Shown here piece by piece: positions 8,171 to 17,188 of a stretch of 64,000 nucleotides of DNA (its first letter is position 1; every line of letters begins with the position of its first letter). Source of the stretch: an uncultured Chloroflexia bacterium (GTDB lineage: Bacteria; Chloroflexota; Limnocylindria; QHBO01); contig CAVYGE010000002.1 of NCBI GenBank assembly GCA_963767985.1, positions 457,217 through 521,216 on the forward strand, written 5' to 3'. The notes under the pieces were generated by a model. It did not search any database. It was not told the DNA's origin and was given only the letters and a program-made list of their open reading frames with translations. The translations under genes were made by a program, and so were the position numbers.

Positions 8171-10557
8171 ATGGGCTTCGGAACGACGAACGGTCACGCC
8201 AACGGCAACGGCAGCTCGGGCAGCGGCAAGGCCGATTACACCCCGATCTGGCCGATGGTGCCCGGCACGCGCGAGATCGGCGTCACGATCAACGGCAAGC
8301 AGCTCCAGGTCGAGGAGGGGCAGACGATCCTCCAGGCCTGCCGCGTCCTGGGAATCGACGTCCCGACGCTGTGCTACGAGCCGAAGCTCGCACCGTACGG
8401 CGCCTGCCGCATCTGCGCGGTCGAGGTCGAAGGACGCGACGACACGCCGATCAGCTGCGGGACGGCCAGATCGAGGAGGGGATGGTCATCACCACCCACT
8501 CCGAGCGGGTCATCGAGAACCGGCGCATGGTCCTCGAGCTCATCTTCAGCGACCATGACGCCTACTGCCTCCCTCCGTGCCAGTTCAAGTGCCCGACCCG
8601 CGTCGACATCCCGGGCTACCTGAAGCAGAACACCCTGGGCAACTGGGAGGAGGCGACGCGCATCCTCAAGCGCTCGCTTCCGTTCCCGGCCATCCTCGGC
8701 CGCGTCTGCCCCGCCCCGTGCGAGACCCACTGCCGGCGCGAGGAGGTCGACACCGCCATCGCGATCCGCGACTCGCATCGCTACTGCGCCGACCGCGTCC
8801 TCGAGGTGGACGCCCCCGCCCCGATCCCGTGGCCGAAGGATCCCGCCACCGGCCGGAAGGTCGCGATCATCGGCGCCGGCCCCGCCGGCATGTCGGTCGC
8901 GTACTACCTCCAGCTGCGCGGGCACCAGTGCGACGTGTACGAGGCCGATCCGGAGCAGGGCGGCATGCTGCGCTACGGCATCCCCCAGTACCGACTGCCC
9001 AAGGGATGGATGGATCGCGAGCTGAACCACGTCTGGGAGCTGGGGGCGACCTTCAAGCCGAACATGCGGCTGGGGCGCGACTTCCACCTCGGCGACATCA
9101 TCGACGACTACGACGCCATCTACGTCGGCATCGGCTGCTACAAGCCGAACGAGCTCGGGATCCCGGGCGAAGAGGCCGATGGAACCGTCAACGCCCTGGA
9201 GAACCTCTACAACTCGACCCGCGGCATTCCGGTGCCGCGGCTCAAGGACGCGCGCGTGGTGGTCATCGGCGGTGGCTTCACTGCCATCGACTGCACCCGG
9301 ACCAGCGTCCGGCAGGGCGCGGCCGAGGTCACGCTCGTCTATCGCCGCGACCTCAAGGACATGCCCGCTGCCGACGAGGTGCACGAGGCGATCGAGGAGG
9401 GCGCGCGAGTCATCTTCCAGGCCGCACCGACGCGCATCGTGACCGACGCAGATGACAAGGTGAACGGCGTCGAGTTCCAGCGCATGAAGCTCGGCGAGCC
9501 CGATGCGCAGGGCCGCCGCCGGCCCGAGCCGATGCCGGGCACCGAGTTCATCGTCGAGTGCGACACCGTGCTCGGCGCCATCGGCCAGGGGCCGGAGCTG
9601 TCGTGGATCGAGTCCGAGCCGGAGGAGATCCGCGCCGGCCTCGAGGTCTCACGCCGCGGAACGCTGGAGGCGGAGGAGCACATCTTCCGCACCAACGTCC
9701 CGAAGATCTTCGCGTCGGGCGACGTGCGAACCGGCGCTGCCACGGTGGTCGAGGCGATCGGCGAGGGCCGCCGAGCCAGCTACGCAATGGACTACTGGCT
9801 GCGCGGGCACGACCTGGACGACCCGCAGGTCCGCCGCATCGTGACCGAGCCGCAGCCGAACTTCCTGACCATCGTGCCCTTCACCGACGACGTGAAGGAG
9901 CCGCGGGCGATCATGGGCAAGCAGGAGGCCGACGAGCGCCGCACGAACTTCAACGAGTACGAGTTCGGCTACACCGGCGACCAGGCCATGGCCGAGGCCG
10001 GGCGCTGCCTGCAGTGCACCTGCGAGGCGATCGGCCACTGCGACCTGCGCGAGGCCGCAATCGAGTACGAGACGACGCTCAACATGGCGATCGACGAGCG
10101 CTCGATCCAGGACAACCCGTACGTCGGGGTCAACCACGGCTACGGCCGGGACGAGACGCACTCCTTCATCCTGCGCGACTACTCCCGCTGCATCGACTGC
10201 GGCCGCTGCGCCCAGGTCTGCAAGGAGATCGTGGGCGCCGGCTGCTACGACTTCATCGGCAAGGGCTTCGACTCCCTGGTCACCACCGCCGACTTCGTGT
10301 CACTCAACGAGACGCCGTGTGTCTCCTGCGGACGGTGCGCCGAGACCTGCCCGGTCGGCGCGCTCATGCCGCGGCCGCGCATCCTCGAGACCTACCAGCT
10401 CGACGTCTCCCGCTGCATCTTCTGCGGCATCTGCGCCGACGCCTGCCCGTACGACGCGCTGCGCTGCGGACCCGAGTTCGAGTTCAGCGAGTACCAGCGC
10501 GACCTGCCGATGCTGGACATCCTCGAGATGAGTGACCGGGAGCGCCCCACCCGCTAG
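8171..10557 (+). CDS. fusion protein: NuoG-type [2Fe-2S] domain + GltD/NfnB-like FAD-NAD(P)H module + NuoG-type [4Fe-4S] domains + NuoI C-terminal half (apparent 1-nt deletion ~8455-8466)
   Basis: 8270-8460: ..VTINGKQLQVEEGQTILQACRVLGIDVPTLCYEPKLAPYGACRICAVEVEG.. 8566-9810: ..CPTRVDIPGYL..GRVCPAPCETHC..KVAIIGAGPAGMSVAYYL..VVVIGGGFTAIDC..LVYRR..IFASGDV.. ~10000-10368: ..CLQCTCEAIGHCDLRE..RCIDCGRCAQVC..CVSCGRCAETCPVGAL.. 10369-10554: ..ETYQLDVSRCIFCGICADACPYDALRCGPEFEFSEYQRDLPMLDI.. Confidence 0.8.
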
Positions 10558-10605
10558 GCCGAACTCGCGTCGGCCGACCGGGTGCCTCCCAGGGCGGATT
10601 GGGCG

Positions 10606-10630
10606 GGTGCGTCAGCTGCTGACGCGCACC
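10606..10630. terminator. hairpin between convergent genes (GCGTCA/TGACGC core, extended with a bulge)
   Basis: ggtgcgtcagctgctgacgcgcacc overlaps the stop of the antisense lipoprotein gene, 50 nt after the fusion-ORF stop. No U tract. Confidence 0.3.
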
Positions 10631-10974
10631 AGGGAGAGACTCCAGTCCGTGCAGGCCTCGTTCGTCTGCTCGATGAAGAAGCTGCCGCCGGGCACGTCGT
10701 TCACGAAGACGAAGCGAATCGGGGAGTTGTTGAGGCTGTAGACGAACTCGCCGCCGTCCTGGGTGATCGAGACGGTGTAGTCGTCGCAGTCCTCGGTGAT
10801 CGTGAGCCGATACCGCCCGGGCGCGAGGGGATACGCAACGCGCTCGTCGCCCGCGGCGACCTCGGCCGTCGTCGGATTGTCCCGTCCCTCGCCGCCTCCG
10901 CCGCTACTGCCACCACCGCATGCGGCCAGGGTCATCGCGAGGGCCGCGAGCACCGGGGCGATCCGTCTCGTCAT
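10612..10974 (-). CDS. small lipoprotein, antisense to the nuo genes
   Basis: MTRRIAPVLAALAMTLAACGGGSSGGGG..: signal peptide plus lipobox (LAAC) followed by a Gly/Ser linker. Coding-like GC3. Confidence 0.7.
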   Translation of the reverse strand: MTRRIAPVLAALAMTLAACGGGSSGGGGEGRDNPTTAEVAAGDERVAYPLAPGRYRLTITEDCDDYTVSITQDGGEFVYSLNNSPIRFVFVNDVPGGSFFIEQTNEACTDWSLSLVRVSS

Positions 10975-11068
10975 CGCGCGTCGTCCTCCACTCCATCCAC
11001 TCCAGCCGCCGGGATCGACGGTGCTGCGCAGGGTACGGGGTCAGCGCGCGACCACGCAATGCCTGCGC

Positions 11069-11074
11069 TAGAAT
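11069..11074 (+). promoter_or_regulatory. -10-like TAGAAT upstream of nuoJ
   Basis: Exact TAGAAT 64 nt before the proposed nuoJ start. No good -35. The same hexamer is used at the rpmH, ssrA and ABC-leader promoters. Confidence 0.4.
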
Positions 11075-11098
11075 CGGTCGCGGTCCCCGAGCGGGGCC

Positions 11099-11114
11099 GT
11101 TTGAGCGCTCAAAC
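11099..11114. promoter_or_regulatory. perfect 16-nt palindrome GTTTGAGCGCTCAAAC between the TAGAAT and nuoJ
   Basis: Read directly. It could be an operator or a 5'-UTR hairpin. Confidence 0.5.
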
Positions 11115-11137
11115 CCTCGCAGCCGGAGCATTCGACC

Positions 11138-11647
11138 CTGGACATCTCCAGCGTCCTCTTCTTCCTGCTTGCCATCGGCGTGGTGGGAGCGGGAATCGCC
11201 GTGGTGACGCTGCGCAACATCATCCATTCGGCCGTGGCGATGATGATCTGCTTCGGCTCACTTGCCGGGATGTATGCGCTGCTCGGGGCTCCCATCGTGG
11301 CGGCCGCCCAGGTCCTCATCTACCTGGGGGCGATCAGCGTGCTCATCCTGTTCGCGATCATGCTCACCCAGGCCGGCGATGCGAACCTGCCCGCCCCATT
11401 CCATCGGCAGGTGCCGATCGCCGCGGTGGTGGCGCTGGCCATCATCGGCCTGACCGGCTGGGCCGCCGTCCAGGCGGACTGGGCTGGGCTGCCGCAGGCC
11501 GCCGAGGCAGCGGTGGAAGCCATCGCGACCGCCGTCTTCACCACCTACGCCTTCCCGTTCGAGATCATCAGCTTCCTGATCCTCGTCGCCATCATCGGCG
11601 CCATCTACCTCGCGCGACGGCCCGAGGAAGACGAGCGGGCCAACTGA
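11138..11647 (+). CDS. nuoJ: NADH-quinone oxidoreductase subunit J (start uncertain: CTG 11138 or GTG 11180)
   Basis: ..LRNIIHSAVAMMICFGSLAGMYALLGAPIVAAAQVLIYLGAISVLILFAIML.. is NuoJ-like. The first TM helix (LDISSVLFFLLAIGVVGAG..) extends in frame upstream of the first GTG. CTG 11138 lies 9 nt after GGAG (11125-11128). Confidence 0.85.
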   Translation: MDISSVLFFLLAIGVVGAGIAVVTLRNIIHSAVAMMICFGSLAGMYALLGAPIVAAAQVLIYLGAISVLILFAIMLTQAGDANLPAPFHRQVPIAAVVALAIIGLTGWAAVQADWAGLPQAAEAAVEAIATAVFTTYAFPFEIISFLILVAIIGAIYLARRPEEDERAN

Positions 11648-11649
11648 CC

Positions 11650-11955
11650 ATGGGGCTCACCGGCTATCTCATCGTGTCCGTGATGCTCTTCGGCATCGGC
11701 GCCTTCGGCTTCATGGCGCGGCGCAACGCGATCCTCATGCTCATCAGCATCGAGCTCATGTTCAACGCGGTGAACCTCAGCCTCGTGGCATTCAATGCCT
11801 TCCTCCCTCCCGACGCCAATGCGGGTGCCGTCTTCGCGCTGATGATCATGGCCGTCGCCGCGGCCGAGGTGACGGTGGGGCTCGCCCTGGTCATCGCCAT
11901 CATCCGCACGCGTCAGACCGCCGAGGTCGACCAGTACTCCGATCTGAAGGAGTAG
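11650..11955 (+). CDS. nuoK: NADH-quinone oxidoreductase subunit K
   Basis: 101-aa, 3-TM protein ..RRNAILMLISIELMFNAVNLSLVAF..AAAEVTVGLALV... Confidence 0.9.
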   Translation: MGLTGYLIVSVMLFGIGAFGFMARRNAILMLISIELMFNAVNLSLVAFNAFLPPDANAGAVFALMIMAVAAAEVTVGLALVIAIIRTRQTAEVDQYSDLKE

Positions 11956-11959
11956 GCCG

Positions 11960-14188
11960 ATGCCCATCGAGCTGCTGATCGCCCTCATTCCCGCGTTGCC
12001 CGTGGCGGGCTTCCTGTTCGCGGTGCTCGTCGGGCCGCGCTTCGACCACATCCCGTCTCACGGCCACCACGCGGATCACGACGACGACGACGACCACGCC
12101 GACGCGGCACACGGCAAGCAGGCGCACGCGACCGACGATTCGGCGTATCGAACGGTCCCCAGCGAGGAGGAGCAACGGGCGACGAGCCCCCATGCCGGGC
12201 ATGCCGACGACCTCGCCAATGCCGAGGGCGCCGATGGCGTGATTCCCACCGACATGCGCGACGGCCTCGGCCAGGCCGGCCATGTGGCTCCGGGCGCCGA
12301 GCGTCCGCGCTATCGCTCGTGGATCGTGCCGACCGGCCTGGTGGGCCTGATGTGGGTCTTCTCGATGATCGTGTTCGCGAACGTGATCTTCGGCCACAAC
12401 GAGTACGAGGTCACGATCTACGAGTGGATCGCGTCGGGCGACTTCGTCATCGAGATCAGCTTCCTGGTCGACTCACTGACGGCGATGCTCCTGCTGGTGG
12501 TGAGCACCGTCGGCTTCCTCGTCCACATCTACAGCATCGGCTACATGGATGGCGACCGCGGATTCTGGCGCTTCTTCGCCTACCTCAACCTCTTCATGTT
12601 CAGCATGCTGCTGCTCATCCTGGGCGACAACTTCCTCATGCTGTATGTCGGCTGGGAGGCGGTCGGCCTGTGCAGCTACGCGCTCATCGGCTTCTGGTAC
12701 AAGAAGCCGTCGGCCGCGGGAGCCGCCAAGAAGGCGTTCATCGTCAACCGGGTCGGCGACTTCGGCTTCGGCCTCGGCATCATGATGCTGTGGGTGAACC
12801 TCGGGACCCTGAGCTTCCGCGAGGTGTTCGCGACCATCGGGAGCCTGGACGAGACGACGATCACGGTCATCGCCCTGCTGCTGTTCGCCGGCGCCGTCGG
12901 CAAGAGCGCCCAGTTCCCGCTCCACGTGTGGCTGCCGGACGCCATGGAGGGTCCGACCCCGGTCAGCGCCCTCATCCATGCCGCGACCATGGTCAACGCC
13001 GGCGTCTACCTCGTCGCGCGCGCCAACCCGATCTTCGCCGAGGCCCCGGCCGCGATGTGGACCGTGGCGATCATCGGCGTCTTCACCGCCATCTTCGCGG
13101 CGGCCATCGCGCTGACGCAGAACGACATCAAGAAGGTCCTCGCCTACTCGACCGTCAGCCAGCTGGCGTACATGTTCTTCGCGCTCGGCATCGGCGCGTG
13201 GGTTGCCGCGATCTTCCACCTCGTCAGCCACGGCTTCTTCAAGGGGCTGCTGTTCATGGGCTCCGGCTCGGTCATCCATGGCGCAGGCGGCGAGCAGGAC
13301 ATGCGGTACATGGGCAACCTGCGGGCGAAGATGCGCTGGACCTACGTGACCATGGTCATCGGCTCGCTGGCGCTGGCCGGCATCCCGATCTTCTCCGGCT
13401 TCTTCAGCAAGGACGAGATCCTGGCCGAGGCCTTCAACCGCGGCTACCTCGTGTTCTACCTCGTCGGCACCGTCGTCGCCTTCATGACCGCCTTCTACAC
13501 GTTCCGAATGATCTTCATGACGTTCTGGGGCGAGTGGCGTGGGCCGAAGGCAGCCTGGGACCACATCCACGAGAGCGCGCCGACCATGGTGGCGCCGCTG
13601 GCCATCCTCGCCGTGCCCACCATCCTGGCGGGTCTCGTCCTCGGCATCCCGCCGGAGGGCGGCATCATCCACGGCTGGCTCGAGGAGGTCTTCCACACGG
13701 CCGAGGAGTCGCACGCGGGCGTCCTGCCCGGCTCGCTGCTCGACGGCTACATCACGAAGGGCGAGGAGCACCACTTCGAGATCTTCGGCCTCGGCGGCCT
13801 GCTCCTGCTCATCGGGGCGCTGGTCGCGGTCGCTGGCGTCGTGCTGGCGTATCGCTGGTACGTGCAGCGCCCGGAGTCGGCGGCGCGCTTCGTGGATCGC
13901 ATCCCGCTCGGCCTCGGTCCGGGGATGTATCGCGCCAGCGTGAACAAGTACTACGTCGATGACATCTACCAGCTCGTCTGGTCTCGTGGCGGTGTGCTGA
14001 TCAGCAACGCCCTGTGGTGGTTCGACGCCAAGGTGATCGACGGCGCGGTGAACGGCGCCGGCTGGCTGGCCCGAACCATCGGCGGCGGCCTGCGGAAGAT
14101 CCAGACCGGCCGGGTCGAGAACTACGGGCTCGGGATCGCGGCCGGCCTGGTGCTGGTCCTGGTGGCCCTGGCCACGGTGGTGCGCTGA
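11960..14188 (+). CDS. nuoL: NADH-quinone oxidoreductase subunit L, with a ~90-aa His/Asp-rich insertion after TM1
   Basis: Antiporter-like core (..WEAVGLCSYALIGFWY..GKSAQFPLHVWLPDAMEGPTPVSALIHAATMV..) and long C-terminal arm region. Insertion at 12044-12319. Confidence 0.92.
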   Translation: MPIELLIALIPALPVAGFLFAVLVGPRFDHIPSHGHHADHDDDDDHADAAHGKQAHATDDSAYRTVPSEEEQRATSPHAGHADDLANAEGADGVIPTDMRDGLGQAGHVAPGAERPRYRSWIVPTGLVGLMWVFSMIVFANVIFGHNEYEVTIYEWIASGDFVIEISFLVDSLTAMLLLVVSTVGFLVHIYSIGYMDGDRGFWRFFAYLNLFMFSMLLLILGDNFLMLYVGWEAVGLCSYALIGFWYKKPSAAGAAKKAFIVNRVGDFGFGLGIMMLWVNLGTLSFREVFATIGSLDETTITVIALLLFAGAVGKSAQFPLHVWLPDAMEGPTPVSALIHAATMVNAGVYLVARANPIFAEAPAAMWTVAIIGVFTAIFAAAIALTQNDIKKVLAYSTVSQLAYMFFALGIGAWVAAIFHLVSHGFFKGLLFMGSGSVIHGAGGEQDMRYMGNLRAKMRWTYVTMVIGSLALAGIPIFSGFFSKDEILAEAFNRGYLVFYLVGTVVAFMTAFYTFRMIFMTFWGEWRGPKAAWDHIHESAPTMVAPLAILAVPTILAGLVLGIPPEGGIIHGWLEEVFHTAEESHAGVLPGSLLDGYITKGEEHHFEIFGLGGLLLLIGALVAVAGVVLAYRWYVQRPESAARFVDRIPLGLGPGMYRASVNKYYVDDIYQLVWSRGGVLISNALWWFDAKVIDGAVNGAGWLARTIGGGLRKIQTGRVENYGLGIAAGLVLVLVALATVVR

Positions 14189-15708
14189 TGGAAGGCGCGC
14201 CTGTGCTGTCCCTCATCGTCTTCACGCCGCTGGTCGGCGTGCTGCTGCTGCTCCTCGTCCCCGGATCGAACCACCGCGCCGTGCGATGGATCGCGCTGCT
14301 GGCGGCGCTGGCCAGCCTGGCGTTCAGCCTGGTCCTGCTCGGCTACGACACCGGCGGCAGCGAGTTCCAGTACCGCGAGGATCTCGCCTGGATCGATGCC
14401 TTCGGCATGCGCTACACCCTCGGCGTCGACGGCCTGTCGGTCGTGCTCGTTCTCCTGACCACCGTCCTCAGCGTGGTCGCGATGTTCTACTCCTGGGAGC
14501 CGATCCAGGCGCGGGTGAAGGAGTACTACATCTCGCTCCTGCTGCTCATGGTCGGCATGCTCGGCGTGTTCGTGGCGCTCGACCTCTTCCTGTTCTACGT
14601 CTTCTGGGAGATCAGCCTCTTCCCGATGTACGTGATCATCGGCGTGTGGGGAGGTCCGCGGCGCATCTACGCCACGGTGAAGTTCGTCCTCTACACCCTT
14701 GTCGGCTCGCTGCTCATGCTCGTCGCCATCCTGGCCGTGGCCATCGCCCACGCGGCCAGCGGCCAGCCATTCACGTTCAGCTACGAGGCGCTGCGCGGCT
14801 TCGCCTACGCCGATACGCTCCAGGCGCTCGCGTTCGTCGCCTTCTTCCTGGCCTTCGCCATCAAGGTGCCGATGTGGCCGTTCCACACCTGGCTGCCCGA
14901 TGCTCACGTCGAGGCGCCGACCGCGGGGTCGATCATCCTGGCGGGCGTCATGCTGAAGCTCGGCGGCTACGGCTTCCTGCGCTTCAGCCTGCCGCTGCTC
15001 CCGGACGCGGCCGTCAGCTTCGCGCCGATCATCATCGGCCTCGCGATCGTGGCGATCATCTACGGCGGCCTGGTGGCCATGGTCCAGCCCGACATGAAGA
15101 AGCTCGTGGCGTACTCGAGCGTGAGCCACATGGGATTCGTCATGCTCGGGGCGTTCGTCTTCAACGAGCAGGGGCTGCAGGGCGCGATCTACCAGATGAT
15201 CAGCCACGGCATCACGACCGGAGCGCTGTTCCTCCTGGTCGGGATCCTCTACGAGCAGACCCACGATCGGCTCATCGCCCACATGGGCGGGCTCAACGCC
15301 CGCGTCCCGCGCTATGCCGCGATGTTCGGCCTTTTCACGTTCGCCAGCATCGGCCTGCCCGGGCTCTCCGGGTTCGTCGGCGAGTTCCTCGTGATCCTGG
15401 GAGCGTTCCGCGCCAACGGCCTGATCGCCGCGGCGGCCATGGTCGTCGTGATCATCAGCGCGGTCTACATGCTGTGGATGTTCCAGCGCGTCTTCTTCAC
15501 CGTGCCGTCCGACTGGATGCGCCAGTTCTGGCCGACGCTGCGCGACATCAATCGCAACGAGTGGATCGCGCTGGCGCCGCTCATCGTGCTCGTGGTGGCG
15601 CTGGGCGTGTACCCCGGGCCGGTGCTCGAGATCATCGCCGGACCGGTGGATCGCATCATCGATGCCGTCAACGGCGCCGGCCTGACCGGCTTCGGGCCAC
15701 TGTGGTGA
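14188..15708 (+). CDS. nuoM: NADH-quinone oxidoreductase subunit M
   Basis: TGATG overlap with nuoL. ..FVFWEISLFPMY..KVPMWPFHTWLPDAHVEAPTAGSIILAGVMLKLGGYG..KKLVAYSSVSHMGF... Confidence 0.92.
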   Translation: MEGAPVLSLIVFTPLVGVLLLLLVPGSNHRAVRWIALLAALASLAFSLVLLGYDTGGSEFQYREDLAWIDAFGMRYTLGVDGLSVVLVLLTTVLSVVAMFYSWEPIQARVKEYYISLLLLMVGMLGVFVALDLFLFYVFWEISLFPMYVIIGVWGGPRRIYATVKFVLYTLVGSLLMLVAILAVAIAHAASGQPFTFSYEALRGFAYADTLQALAFVAFFLAFAIKVPMWPFHTWLPDAHVEAPTAGSIILAGVMLKLGGYGFLRFSLPLLPDAAVSFAPIIIGLAIVAIIYGGLVAMVQPDMKKLVAYSSVSHMGFVMLGAFVFNEQGLQGAIYQMISHGITTGALFLLVGILYEQTHDRLIAHMGGLNARVPRYAAMFGLFTFASIGLPGLSGFVGEFLVILGAFRANGLIAAAAMVVVIISAVYMLWMFQRVFFTVPSDWMRQFWPTLRDINRNEWIALAPLIVLVVALGVYPGPVLEIIAGPVDRIIDAVNGAGLTGFGPLW

Positions 15709-15709
15709 G

Positions 15710-17184
15710 GTGGACAGCGTGACCTACGTCGACGATCTCGTCACCCTGCTGCCGGAGCTGCTCCTTGCCGGGCTGATCCTCGCGATCATCACCATCGACC
15801 TGTTCCTGTCGCGCCCGAACAAGTGGCTGCTCACGCCGCTGACCGTCGGCGGGCTGGTACTGGTCGGGGCGGCCTGCGTGGTCGTCTGGGACATCAACGA
15901 GACGGTGTACGCGGGCTTCTACCGCGTCGACGACCTGTCCGTCTTCTTCAAGGCATCCACCGTCGTGATCGGGATCCTGTCGGTGCTCTTCGCACCGGCG
16001 TACCTTGTCGTCCGCCGCATCCCGCTCGGCGAGTTCCACATGATCCTGCTCAGCGCGCTGCTGGGCATGTTCATCCTCGCCTCGAGCAGCGACCTGATCA
16101 CCCTCTTCCTGGGACTCGAGCTGATGACGATGCCGTCGTACCTGCTCACCGGACTGCACAAGACCGACCGCTACAGCAACGAGGGCGGGTTGAAGTACTT
16201 CCTTCTCGGGAGCTTCGCGAGCGCCATCGTGCTGTTCGGCATCAGCTGGCTGTACGGCATCACCGGCACCACGAACATCGCCGAGATCGCGGCCTCCGGG
16301 CTCGAGGGTCGGATGGGCGGACCGCTCCTGGTCGCGCTCGGCTTCCTGGTCGTGGGCAGCACCTTCAAGATCGCGGCCGTCCCCTTCCACTACTGGACAC
16401 CGGACGCATACCAGGGCGCGCCGACGCCGATCACCGGCTTCCTGTCGGTCGGCCCGAAGCTCGGAGCATTCGCGCTGCTGGTCCGGGTCTTCGCCGAGGC
16501 GTTGGCGCCGATCCGAGCCGACTGGCTCGGGATCTTCCTCGTGCTGACCGTGCTCACGATGACGGTGGGCAACGTCGTGGCGCTGACCCAGGTCAACGTC
16601 AAGCGCATGCTCGCCTACTCGAGCATCGCGCACACCGGCTACATCATGGTCGGCCTGGCCGCCTTCGCGAACGCGCCCGATGCCGATGCCGCGGCCCAGG
16701 GCATCGAGTCGGTCCTGTTCTACGTGCTGGGCTATGCGGTCATGAACATCGCGGCGTTCGCGGTGGTCGGCATGCTCCAGCGCGACACGCGTCGGTTCGG
16801 CGGCCTGAACTCGTTCGCCGGGCTCGGGTCACGCTCCCCTGCCCGCGCGGCGGCGATGGGCGTGCTCATGCTCAGCCTGACCGGGATCCCGCCGACCGTC
16901 GGATTCTTCGCGAAGCTCTACGTCCTGCTCGCGGCCGTCGATGCCGGGCTCGCATGGCTGGCCGTGATCCTGGTCCTCAACGCCGCCATGGCCGCCTTCT
17001 ACTACCTGCGCGTGGTCGTCTACATGTACATGCGGGATCCCGAGGACCGGATCCGGCCCCGCTCGACACCTCTCCCTTCGGCACGGTGGCACTGGCGCTG
17101 TCGGTGGCCGGCGTCGTCATCCTGGGTCTCTTCCCGGGCGCCGTCCTGAGCCTGATCGAGGTGAGCGCGGCGAGCCTCTTCTGA
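15710..17184 (+). CDS. nuoN: NADH-quinone oxidoreductase subunit N (apparent 1-nt deletion near the CCCC run 17056-17059)
   Basis: ..FKIAAVPFHYWTPDAYQGAPTPITGFLSVGPK..KRMLAYSSIAHTGY.. The last ~40 codons (..PLDTSPFGTVALALSVAGVVILGLFPGAVLSLIEVSAASLF) continue in another frame. Confidence 0.88.
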
Positions 17185-17188
17185 GCCG

